Positions 19,634-30,500 of a DNA stretch of 64,000 nucleotides are shown in pieces. The stretch is taken from NCBI GenBank assembly GCA_965197585.1, contig OZ240215.1:1440001-1504000 (forward strand), read 5' to 3'. The notes below the pieces were generated by a model, which saw only the letters and a program-made list of their open reading frames with translations, had not been told where the DNA came from and did not search any database. Made by a program: the position numbers and the translations under genes. Numbering within the stretch: the first letter of the stretch is position 1; each line of letters starts with the position of its first letter. The DNA comes from Dehalococcoidia bacterium (GTDB taxonomy: Bacteria; Chloroflexota; Dehalococcoidia; Plut-88900).

Positions 19634-20391
19634 CCACATCCACGCCTGAAGCTCAAGAACCGTCCATCCTGGCAACCGATGAGGTTTCCAAGCACTTCGG
19701 TGCAGTCCGGGCCGTCGACAGGCTATCCATATCCATCCCAGGCACGGGTGTGACCAGTATCGTAGGGCCCAACGGCTCGGGGAAGTCCACCCTCGTTAAT
19801 CTCCTCTCCGGCACCCTCCCCCTCGACGGCGGCATGGTCATTATCGATGGCAAGGGTCTCAAAGTCGTTCACGCCTTCGAGACCCCTGACCACGGTCTTA
19901 CCCGCACTTTCCAGGAAGTCCGGCTCTTCGACCAGATCACCGTCTGGGACAACATCATGGTCGTCATGACCAGCCGGCCCTGGCTGCCCGCCCTCTTCGA
20001 ACGTGCCAAGCCGGACTATAAGAAAAAGGCCCAGCAGATACTCGAAAACGTCGGCATGTGGCACAAGCGCCGCGCCCTCGCCATGAACCTCTCCTACGGC
20101 CAGCGCAAGCTCCTGGAAATCGGGCGTGCCATGGCCATGGACGTCAAGGTCTACCTCTTCGACGAGCCCTTCGCCGGCCTCTTCCCCCAAATGCTCGAAC
20201 GGGTGAAGGAGATCATGAAGCAGATGCGGGACCAGGACCACACAATTGTCTTCATCTCCCATAACATGGACATCGTACGCGAGCTCTCAGACCACATTTT
20301 CGTCCTGGACAGCGGTACCCTTTTAGCCGAAGGGAAGGTCGAGGACGTCCTGAACCGCCCCGAGGTTATAGAGGCTTACCTGGGTGACTAA
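19630..20391 (+). CDS. ABC ATPase, LivG-like
   Basis: GPNGSGKST, TRTFQ, LSYGQ, DEP. Confidence 0.92.
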   Translation: MTTSTPEAQEPSILATDEVSKHFGAVRAVDRLSISIPGTGVTSIVGPNGSGKSTLVNLLSGTLPLDGGMVIIDGKGLKVVHAFETPDHGLTRTFQEVRLFDQITVWDNIMVVMTSRPWLPALFERAKPDYKKKAQQILENVGMWHKRRALAMNLSYGQRKLLEIGRAMAMDVKVYLFDEPFAGLFPQMLERVKEIMKQMRDQDHTIVFISHNMDIVRELSDHIFVLDSGTLLAEGKVEDVLNRPEVIEAYLGD

Positions 20392-20412
20392 CCCCGTGAG
20401 GATAATGCCCTG

Positions 20413-21153
20413 ATGAAAGCGAAAAACGGCAACGGCGAAATGAGGCTGCTAGAGCTCGTGGACATCTCCGTCCACTATGGCGCCGTCATCGCCCTGGACC
20501 AGGCGTCCCTCGGCGTAGAGAAAGGCGAAGTCGTAGCTGTCATGGGCCCCAACGGCGCAGGGAAATCGACCGTACTGCGCGCCATCATGGGTCTGGCGCC
20601 CGTGGTCGGAGGGAAGGTTTACTGGCAGCAAAGCCTCCTCCAGGCCGAGACCCATGAGATCGTCAAAGAGGGTATCGCCTTCGTACCCCAGGGCCGGCGG
20701 GTCTTCACCCACCTTACCATTGAAGAAAACCTCGAGATGGGCTGCCTCTATCTCAACAGCAGCGCCGAGAAACGCCGCCGTATCGACGGGGTAATGGAGT
20801 TATTCCCGATTCTCCACGAGAAGCGCAAGGACTATGCCAGCCAGATGTCGGGAGGTCAGCAGCAGATGCTGGCCCTCGGCCGGGGCCTCATGGCCGACCC
20901 CGAAGTCCTGCTCTTGGACGAGCCGACCCTCGGCCTCGCTCCCATCGTAGTCAAAGAGGTCTTCCAGAAGGTCTCCGAGATCAGCGAAAAGCTCGGCACC
21001 ACGATATTTGTCGTTGAGCACAACATCAAGGGAGTTCTGGACATCGTGAACCGGGCCTACGTCCTCGACAAGGGCCAGGTTGTCCACGACGGCACACCGC
21101 AGTCGGTCCGGGACACGGACATCCTGACCAAGGTCTTCTTGGGCGCGGCGTAG
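20413..21153 (+). CDS. ABC ATPase, LivF-like
   Basis: GPNGAGKST, VPQGRRVF, MSGGQQQM, LDEPTLGLAP. Confidence 0.92.
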   Translation: MKAKNGNGEMRLLELVDISVHYGAVIALDQASLGVEKGEVVAVMGPNGAGKSTVLRAIMGLAPVVGGKVYWQQSLLQAETHEIVKEGIAFVPQGRRVFTHLTIEENLEMGCLYLNSSAEKRRRIDGVMELFPILHEKRKDYASQMSGGQQQMLALGRGLMADPEVLLLDEPTLGLAPIVVKEVFQKVSEISEKLGTTIFVVEHNIKGVLDIVNRAYVLDKGQVVHDGTPQSVRDTDILTKVFLGAA

Positions 21154-21163
21154 CGCCTAACCC

Positions 21164-22225
21164 CTACTTCGCCTTCTCCAGCGCCAGACCGGCCATCAGG
21201 TACATGATCACGTACACGATCACCCGGTAAATCACCGCCGACCCCGGCGGTATGCAGATGAATGACATACCGCTCAGGCCGCGCCGCCCGACCTCGTGGG
21301 CAATCCTGATGACCTCGTAGTCCGTCAGGCCGATAGGCTCGGCAAGCTCGCCCATTATGTCGCCCGACGCGGGCCCCGCACCCCCCAGCACATCCATGTC
21401 GAAGTGAACGTAGACACCGTCGGTGCCCTGGTAGGCTCGGTCAAGCTCCTTGATCACGCCCTCGATGCCCAAGCTCCGCACCTCCCATGAGGAGATGAAC
21501 CGCGCCCCATCCCTTAGGTAGCGACGCACGATGTCCTTCTTCTCCAACATGCCACGCTCCCCGATCTCGACCAGGGTGCTCGGGTGCATGTTCTCGAGGA
21601 ACTCGTACATCTTGTGCTTCCAGCTGCCACTTCCGGCGATGCGAGGGTCGTTGGTCATCCGGTCAATCTTTGCCGCATCCCAGTGGGTGTCCAGGCTGAC
21701 GCACCCGACCTGCCCCGCCGTGTGCTCCGAGATCGACTTGGCTATGGCAAAAGACCCCAACGGCGAGTTCTGGCCAATCACAATCGGAATGCCCCCGGCT
21801 TCAAGCACGTCGCCGACCTTCTCCTCCACTGCCGCCTGCGCCCTGAGAATGTTCTCCGGCGTCTGGGAAACGTTGACCTCTTCCGGGATGTCGGCGTCTC
21901 CGTAGTCCACAACATTCAGGTGTTCGAAGACGTCGATATCGAAGTCCTGAATGTATCCCGACCCATACCGCACCGACTGCTGCCTCACCCTCTTGGGCCC
22001 CGATATCCACTCCCACTTGTCTACGCCCGCATACTTGTCCGTAGCCGTCGCAACGTAGGGCGCCCCGATTATCACGACGTCCTGTCCCTTGAGTTCGTCC
22101 TTAGAAGTGACGTGGGGAACGCCCAGGAAGGTGGGCAGTTCGTCGGCTATCAAGGGGAACTTCCGGCGGCCTGCGAAACTGTTGGCCATGAAGTCTTCCC
22201 AGTCGGGGTATTTCATAGAGCACAT
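21164..22225 (-). CDS. Arginase/ureohydrolase-family protein with divergent metal site
   Basis: PTFLG, DYGD, LDTHWD, HFDMDVL; GQNS where GGDH is expected. Confidence 0.8.
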   Translation of the reverse strand: MCSMKYPDWEDFMANSFAGRRKFPLIADELPTFLGVPHVTSKDELKGQDVVIIGAPYVATATDKYAGVDKWEWISGPKRVRQQSVRYGSGYIQDFDIDVFEHLNVVDYGDADIPEEVNVSQTPENILRAQAAVEEKVGDVLEAGGIPIVIGQNSPLGSFAIAKSISEHTAGQVGCVSLDTHWDAAKIDRMTNDPRIAGSGSWKHKMYEFLENMHPSTLVEIGERGMLEKKDIVRRYLRDGARFISSWEVRSLGIEGVIKELDRAYQGTDGVYVHFDMDVLGGAGPASGDIMGELAEPIGLTDYEVIRIAHEVGRRGLSGMSFICIPPGSAVIYRVIVYVIMYLMAGLALEKAK

Positions 22226-22273
22226 ATTGGTCCTCCTGAGGGTCTTGGTTGGTTGGGAATCCGGGCGGGCCCG

Positions 22274-23443
22274 TCACCCCATTACTTTGGAAGCATAGTC
22301 AACTCTATTCAGGGCATCGTCCCCAAACCGGGACATGCCGAGACTCGAAATGTCTATAGTCGTAGCCTCACCATCCACAATCATCTCCGCAACGAGCATC
22401 CCCACCGCCGGCGACTCCTTGAACCCATGGCCGTTGAACCCCGTGCAGATGTAGAGTCCTTCTATCCCCTCCATCTTGTCGATTATCGGGTGGCCGTCCG
22501 GTGTGTTAGTGTACAGGCCCGCGTAGCCAGTGAAATACTCCGCCTCCCCCAGCCCCGGGACCCGTCTAGCCACCCGGCGCCACATCCTCTCGATATAGTC
22601 CATCCCCGGCTTCTGGTCGTAGTCGTCGGGGTTGGCCTCTATCTCCAGTTCCACGTCACCCACAAGGGTCAGGTCGGGGCTTTCCGGCCTCATGTACGCC
22701 ATGTTCACCAGGTCCCCGATCACCGGGTGCTCAGGTATAACGTTCATCGGGCGTTTCAGGAAGAACACCTCGTGCCGAGTCGCAGTCAGAGGCATGTCCA
22801 TCCCGAGCCCCTTCATCACTCTCACCGACCACGGCCCCGCAGCAACTACCGCAGTATCCGTCTCAATACGACCCTCTCTGGTCTCAACAGCGACAACCCT
22901 GTCATTCACAATCTCTACGTCGAGTGCCGGGTTGTCCAGCAAAACCTGCGCCCCCATGCCCCGCGCCGCCGACGCAAAGCCCTGTCCCACACTCGGAGGA
23001 TCGGCATACCCTGAGTGTGGCTCGAAGCAGATGGCATCCGACTCATCAAATGCGAAGTGTGGCGCAACCTCTCGAGCCTGCTTCATGTCCAGGACTCGGG
23101 TGTCAATCCCCAGCGACTGCTGCATGGCTATGTTGCGTTTGAACGACTCCTCAGCCCCCGGCGGTGCTATGAACATGGCCCCTACGTTCACGAACCCCGA
23201 GTCTCCACCCACAATCTGGTCGAAGTCGCGGATCGTCTCCAGGCTAGTCATCGCCAACCGGGCATTAACCTCGCTGGAGTAGTGCATCCGCACAATCCCC
23301 GACGACCTGCCGGTCGACCCAGCGCCCAGCGATTCCTTTTCGACCAGCACCGTATCCGTCACCCCGCGCCGCGCCAGGTTGAACAAGATACTGCACCCCA
23401 TCACCCCGCCGCCAATGATTACAACGTCAGCCTTGGATTTCAT
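22274..23443 (-). CDS. FAD-dependent oxidoreductase, DAO/sarcosine oxidase beta family
   Basis: IIGGGVMG, GSTGRSSG, TPDGHPII, GFNGHGFK. Confidence 0.9.
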   Translation of the reverse strand: MKSKADVVIIGGGVMGCSILFNLARRGVTDTVLVEKESLGAGSTGRSSGIVRMHYSSEVNARLAMTSLETIRDFDQIVGGDSGFVNVGAMFIAPPGAEESFKRNIAMQQSLGIDTRVLDMKQAREVAPHFAFDESDAICFEPHSGYADPPSVGQGFASAARGMGAQVLLDNPALDVEIVNDRVVAVETREGRIETDTAVVAAGPWSVRVMKGLGMDMPLTATRHEVFFLKRPMNVIPEHPVIGDLVNMAYMRPESPDLTLVGDVELEIEANPDDYDQKPGMDYIERMWRRVARRVPGLGEAEYFTGYAGLYTNTPDGHPIIDKMEGIEGLYICTGFNGHGFKESPAVGMLVAEMIVDGEATTIDISSLGMSRFGDDALNRVDYASKVMG

Positions 23444-23577
23444 GTCTTCCTCAACGGCTCCTCAATCTCTGAATGCCAACTCGAATCATATTGTCCGAAG
23501 CACCCTCCGTCAATCAATCCATTCCCAACCCTCATGCTACAATAAGCCCACTTCCGAGACCGAAAGAAAGGCCCTCG

Positions 23578-24783
23578 ATGCTGCCTCTCGACGGTATCCG
23601 CGTCATAGACCTATCCCAAGGCGTCGCCGGTCCATTCTCTACCCGACTCCTCGCCGACCAGGGCGCCGACGTAATCAAGGTCGAATCCCCCACTCTTGGA
23701 GACCCCGCCCGACGGCTCGCCCCCTTCGCCAACACTCTCCCTGGCTCCCAGGCAGGCGGCACGTTCCAATACGTAAACCTCGGCAAGCGCGGCATTACCC
23801 TCAACTTAGCCAGCGAGGTCGGTAGGAAGGTTCTTCGGAAACTGGCCGCCGGGGCCCATATTCTCGTTGAGAGCTTCGAGCCGGGAGTTTTGGACACTTT
23901 GGGTGTCGGTTTTCGCGAACTGTCGCAGTCCAACCCGGCCCTCGTGATAACATCGGTCACCAATTTCGGGCAGACGGGCCCCTACCGCCAATTCAAGTCC
24001 GACGAGATAACCCAGTACGGGATGGGCGGACCCATGTCAGTCACAGGCTCACCCGACCACCCGCCTCTCAATCTCGCCGACGGAATAGTCTTCCATCAAG
24101 CAGGCACTGCCGCAGCACTGGCGACGATGATTGCGTTCTTCGAAACAGAGGTGACGGGGGTCGGGGACCATCTCGACATGTCCATCATGGAGATCCAGGC
24201 AGGAAATATAGACCGACGCAGCCTGACCTTTCTCTCCTACCAATACACGGGTGAAAGAGGCGGTCGGCTGCCCGCCGGAGTGAGCGCGGTAAGTGGAGTC
24301 CTGCCTACCAGCAACGGCTACATTGCCTTCGACGCGGGCACTCCGGCTGCCATGGGGCAACTTCCCACGCTGATCGATGCTCCCGAACTGGCCCAGGACC
24401 CTCGCTTTACAGACCCCGACGCACGCCAGGAACCCGAGAACTTGGAGATGCTCCAGTTACGCATCCTGGAGTGGGCTTTGAACCAGGATAATCAGACGGC
24501 GTGGCGAAAGGCGCAGGCCCATCGTTCAATGGCCGCGCCCATCAACAATACTGCCGACCTCCTCGCCGACCCGCACTATACCTATCGTGGGTTCTGGAGC
24601 CGCATCGAAAGCGCTTCGGGGATCACGGCATATCCGGGGTCGCCCCTGACAATGGGCGGGGCCCGTGTCTCGGTCAGAAGACCGGCGCCAAGGCTCGGCC
24701 AGCACAATGCCGAGATCCTCGGCGGCGAACTGGGGTTCAGCCGAGAAGAGCTCAGTAAGCTAAAGCAAGCGGGGGTAATATAG
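23578..24783 (+). CDS. Family III CoA-transferase (CaiB/BaiF), first of a pair
   Basis: PLDGIRVIDL, DQGADVIKVE, NLGKRG, APRLGQHN. Confidence 0.9.
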   Translation: MLPLDGIRVIDLSQGVAGPFSTRLLADQGADVIKVESPTLGDPARRLAPFANTLPGSQAGGTFQYVNLGKRGITLNLASEVGRKVLRKLAAGAHILVESFEPGVLDTLGVGFRELSQSNPALVITSVTNFGQTGPYRQFKSDEITQYGMGGPMSVTGSPDHPPLNLADGIVFHQAGTAAALATMIAFFETEVTGVGDHLDMSIMEIQAGNIDRRSLTFLSYQYTGERGGRLPAGVSAVSGVLPTSNGYIAFDAGTPAAMGQLPTLIDAPELAQDPRFTDPDARQEPENLEMLQLRILEWALNQDNQTAWRKAQAHRSMAAPINNTADLLADPHYTYRGFWSRIESASGITAYPGSPLTMGGARVSVRRPAPRLGQHNAEILGGELGFSREELSKLKQAGVI

Positions 24784-24786
24784 ACA

Positions 24787-26079
24787 ATGGGTCGTCTTCC
24801 CCTGGAAGGAATCCGAGTCCTGGACATCACGCAGATCTGGGCGGGCCCCTTCACCACCCAACTCCTCGCCGACTGGGGCGCCGAGGTCATACGAATCGAG
24901 TCAACCCAGATTGCGCCCATATCCACGCGGGTGTGGTCTCGGGAAAGGATAGCTCCTCCCCCCGGTGTATGGTGGCTCGCCTATCCTGAGGGGGAGTTGG
25001 GCGACAATCGAGCCAACCGGTTTGCGCTCTTCAACGTCCACGCCCGCAACAAGCAAAGCGTGACTATGGACCTCACCCGCCCGGAGGGCCGGCAAATCTT
25101 CGACAGGCTTCTACAGGTAAGTGATGTACTGGTCGAAAACAACACGCCCACTACAATGGCGAAACTGGAGATCGACTATGAGGCGGTACGTAAGCAGCGA
25201 CCCGACATCGTTATGGTGCGGATGCCGGGTTTCGGGTTGAACGGGCCCTACAGGGACTACCGTTCGATGGGTAACCACGCCGAGGCGATCGCCGGGCATA
25301 CATGGCTTCGAAACTATACGGACACGGATTTCTCGGCAATCAGCACAACCACGGTCGGAGATGGGATCGCGGGCCAGTATGCGGCATTCGCAGCCATGAG
25401 CGCTCTGCGGGCTCGGCGGCACACTGGCAAAGGCTGTCTGATTGAGCTGGCCCAGATCGAGTCTATGGCCTCATTCATGCCTAGGCAGATCCTGGAGTAC
25501 GCCGTCAACCGCCGCATACCCACGGCCCTCGGGAACCGACACTGGTCACTGGCTCCCCACGACTGTTTCCCCTGCAAGGGAGAAGACCAGTGGGTCACCA
25601 TCGCCATCGGGACCGACGATGAGTGGGAGGCATTCGTTCGTGCGCTTGGAAGTCCGGAGTGGGCCACCGACCGCCGTTTCGCCACGGTAACCGGCCGCTA
25701 CAACAACCAGAACGAGATTGGCGAGCATATCACCCGATGGACCCTCGAACGTGACCCCTATGAGGTCGCCACCCTTCTCCAGTCCCACGGGGTAGCCGCC
25801 GGGCCCGTTATCTACAACGAGGACGCCTTCTCCGATCCTCAATACGAGGCCCGAGGCTTCTTCGAAACCGTCACCCAAGAGGACTGCGGAACACACCTGC
25901 ACCCCGGAATCATGTGGAAAGCCTCGGCCCACCCCAACGAGATTCGGATGCCACCCTGCCAACTCGGTGAACACAACCCATACATCTACTCTGATCTTCT
26001 CGGCTACGGTGAAAACGATTACGCTCGAATGGAAACCGAGGGCCACATCGGCACGACTTACGTTGTCGACAACCCGTAG
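24787..26079 (+). CDS. Family III CoA-transferase (CaiB/BaiF), second of a pair
   Basis: PLEGIRVLD, WAGP, RNKQS, VGDGIAG (catalytic Asp), LGEHN. Confidence 0.9.
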   Translation: MGRLPLEGIRVLDITQIWAGPFTTQLLADWGAEVIRIESTQIAPISTRVWSRERIAPPPGVWWLAYPEGELGDNRANRFALFNVHARNKQSVTMDLTRPEGRQIFDRLLQVSDVLVENNTPTTMAKLEIDYEAVRKQRPDIVMVRMPGFGLNGPYRDYRSMGNHAEAIAGHTWLRNYTDTDFSAISTTTVGDGIAGQYAAFAAMSALRARRHTGKGCLIELAQIESMASFMPRQILEYAVNRRIPTALGNRHWSLAPHDCFPCKGEDQWVTIAIGTDDEWEAFVRALGSPEWATDRRFATVTGRYNNQNEIGEHITRWTLERDPYEVATLLQSHGVAAGPVIYNEDAFSDPQYEARGFFETVTQEDCGTHLHPGIMWKASAHPNEIRMPPCQLGEHNPYIYSDLLGYGENDYARMETEGHIGTTYVVDNP

Positions 26080-26267
26080 ACTAAACATCCCATCCAAGAA
26101 ACCACTTGAGTTATGGGGCAGAAAACATCGTGCATTCATGCATTCGGCACATGCCGACACAGGTCTTCCGCAGTCCCGAAAGTCTTCCAAAAAACAACCA
26201 TCAATGCTACCATGTGGCAAGCGCGCCATAGTGCCAGAGGGGTGCGCGAATTTCATAAAATTATTAA

Positions 26268-28397
<2,130 letters not shown>

Positions 28398-28439
28398 TTC
28401 CACCGGGTAATCGTAACGGACAGCTAATCGAAGCTACAA

Positions 28440-28470
28440 TGTGGGTGAGGGCTTAAAGCCCTCACCCACA
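28440..28470. terminator. Hairpin downstream of katG (terminator or REP-like)
   Basis: TGTGGGTGAGGGCT-TAA-AGCCCTCACCCACA; no U-tract. Confidence 0.5.
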
Positions 28471-28530
28471 AGTTCTGCCCTGGAACTCACGCTGAACCAC
28501 CATAGGAAGAGCTAGGCAGGGAGAAACCAC

Positions 28531-29133
28531 ATGACCACCTCCATAGACATCCGCCCCGAGAAGCTCGCCCGGTTCGTAGAGGGCGTTGTGGAAGTCTCAA
28601 AGATGGGCCTGCCGCCCGAGGAGGCCATCGAACGCATCTACCCCGAGTTCCAGCAGATGCTCGACTCCCCGGACTGGCTCGCCGACGAGTTCAAGGTGCC
28701 CCTCCCCGAAAAATTCGCCCAGTACCTGGTCCACCGGGAGGAGGACAACTCCTTATCTGTAATGGCCATGGTCGTCCCCGCCGGTTGCACCACACCAGTA
28801 CACGACCACCTGGCCTGGGGACTCGTCGGCGTGTACCAGGGCAGTCAACTGGAGACCGTCTACCACCGAGAGGACGACGGCTCGGACCCCGACCGCGCCC
28901 GCCTCACCCACGTCGCCACCAACGTCCTGCGCGTCGGGGACATCACCCGGCTCGTCCCTCCCGACGGCGACATCCACAAGATCGAGACTATGGATAAGGA
29001 CCAGCCTTCCATCTCGATACACATCCTGGGCAACGACATAGGCTGCCGCTGGCGTCACGCTTTCGAGGTGGAAAAGGAAGTGGTGCTGGACTTCAGGTCG
29101 GGGTACGTGAACGCCCCCTGCGAAGAGGACTAG
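28531..29133 (+). CDS. Cysteine/3-mercaptopropionate dioxygenase-like cupin
   Basis: TPVHDHLAWGLVGV, GDIHKI, SIHI, FRSGYVN. Confidence 0.8.
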   Translation: MTTSIDIRPEKLARFVEGVVEVSKMGLPPEEAIERIYPEFQQMLDSPDWLADEFKVPLPEKFAQYLVHREEDNSLSVMAMVVPAGCTTPVHDHLAWGLVGVYQGSQLETVYHREDDGSDPDRARLTHVATNVLRVGDITRLVPPDGDIHKIETMDKDQPSISIHILGNDIGCRWRHAFEVEKEVVLDFRSGYVNAPCEED

Positions 29134-29146
29134 GCTCGACTCGGCC

Positions 29147-30142
29147 TTACTGCAAGGCTATCGCGTAGGCATCGCCTACAACTGACAAGCCTGGACCCGA
29201 ACTGCCCCCAATAGAATAGGCAATACCGTCCACCTTCGCGGTGGCCGCCCCATGCAGTGCCGAGGGTAGAGGCTGGTAGTTGTGCCACCGGGCGGCTTTT
29301 GGATCAAAACTCTCCACCGAGTCCAGGGCCGTATCGATGTTTTCGCCGCCCAGAACGAAGAGACGTCCCCGGTGTTCCAAGGCGCCGATACTAGCCCTCC
29401 CGACGTTCAATTCCCGCACCTCGGCCCAGGCCCCGGTTGTCGGGTCCAGCGCCTCTACCAGGTCCAGACTCGCGACTCCCGTCTCGTCCTTGCCGCCGAT
29501 CACGTAGATCAGCCGACCCAAAGTCACAGCACTCATGTGGCTCCGCCCGGTCATCAAGGGAGGCCCTTCCGACCAGGAGTCCGACTCTGGCTCATAGATG
29601 TCTATTCGAGACGAGACCGCATCATCCTCCAACCCGCCGATCACGTAGATCAGGCCGCCGTATACGGTGGCCGTGAGCGCTCCTCGAGCGGCGGGCATTG
29701 GGGCCATTTCGCCCCACCAGTCCAACCGAGGCTCATAGATATACACCGCGTCCGACGCCTCCCCCCTCCTCCCGGATAGCCCGCCAAACAGGTAAATCTT
29801 GTCTAAACCATCAACGCTGAAAGTGACTGCCGTCGCGTGATGCAGTCCCTTTGGCAAAGGCGCGGCGTCGCCCCAGCTGCTGGTGCGGGGTTCGAACACT
29901 TCGACTTTTGTGGATGAACGGCCAAGCTCGTCCAGGCCGCCCATCACGTATATCCTGCCCCCGGCCTCTGCCACCGATGCTGAGGTTCGAGGGGTAGGAA
30001 GGTCCGGTATCGCAGCCCAGGCCTGCTCGGTTACGGAGGTGCCGGTGGGTTCGGGGGTCGGACTGGGAGATATCGAGACCGTGGAGCACCCGGCTGCAAC
30101 CAGGACACAGACAACGGCCAGTACAAGTAACCGGAATTTCAT
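29147..30142 (-). CDS. Kelch-repeat lipoprotein
   Basis: Lipobox AAGC; six IYVxGG...W repeats. Confidence 0.88.
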   Translation of the reverse strand: MKFRLLVLAVVCVLVAAGCSTVSISPSPTPEPTGTSVTEQAWAAIPDLPTPRTSASVAEAGGRIYVMGGLDELGRSSTKVEVFEPRTSSWGDAAPLPKGLHHATAVTFSVDGLDKIYLFGGLSGRRGEASDAVYIYEPRLDWWGEMAPMPAARGALTATVYGGLIYVIGGLEDDAVSSRIDIYEPESDSWSEGPPLMTGRSHMSAVTLGRLIYVIGGKDETGVASLDLVEALDPTTGAWAEVRELNVGRASIGALEHRGRLFVLGGENIDTALDSVESFDPKAARWHNYQPLPSALHGAATAKVDGIAYSIGGSSGPGLSVVGDAYAIALQ

Positions 30143-30157
30143 CTTGCCTATGATACC

Positions 30158-30196
30158 AAAAGGAAAGGGCCTTTCAATAAGAAAGGCCCCCCTTTG
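30158..30196 (-). terminator. Intrinsic terminator of the aor operon
   Basis: GGCCTTTC/GAAAGGCC stem with a T-rich tail on the minus strand, right after the last moaD. Confidence 0.6.
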
Positions 30197-30216
30197 GCTT
30201 AACCGGTTCAGATTCA

Positions 30217-30495
30217 TCAGCCGCCGTTGGCTCCCGGGTTCCGGGCCCCGCCCGCGAGGGGCGGAAACACGCTCACGACGTCGCCTTCCTGTAGCAGTTT
30301 CTGTTCCCGCCATTCCTGTTCGGCGGGACAATGCTGGCCGTTAACCAGGGTCATGTGGGCGAGCTCAGCGGGGATTTCCAGCTTGGAAAGAACATCCCAA
30401 AGGTTAGCGCCCTCCTCCAACTCCATCTCTCCCTTTCCGGTGCCGTTGCCCATCCGAGCCCGCAGGCTGGCGAATAGCTTTATCTCTACTTTCAT
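30217..30495 (-). CDS. MoaD/ThiS sulfur carrier with C-terminal extension
   Basis: KLFASLR...LVNG...GDVVSVFPPLAGG then ARNPGANGG. Confidence 0.85.
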   Translation of the reverse strand: MKVEIKLFASLRARMGNGTGKGEMELEEGANLWDVLSKLEIPAELAHMTLVNGQHCPAEQEWREQKLLQEGDVVSVFPPLAGGARNPGANGG

Positions 30496-30500
30496 GACAT

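Noticed and set aside
21584-23014. Long + strand ORF (476 aa) and similar ones such as 32559-33833, 34568-35989 and 53721-54644
   Set aside because: Antisense shadows of well-supported genes in high-GC DNA, with no motifs.
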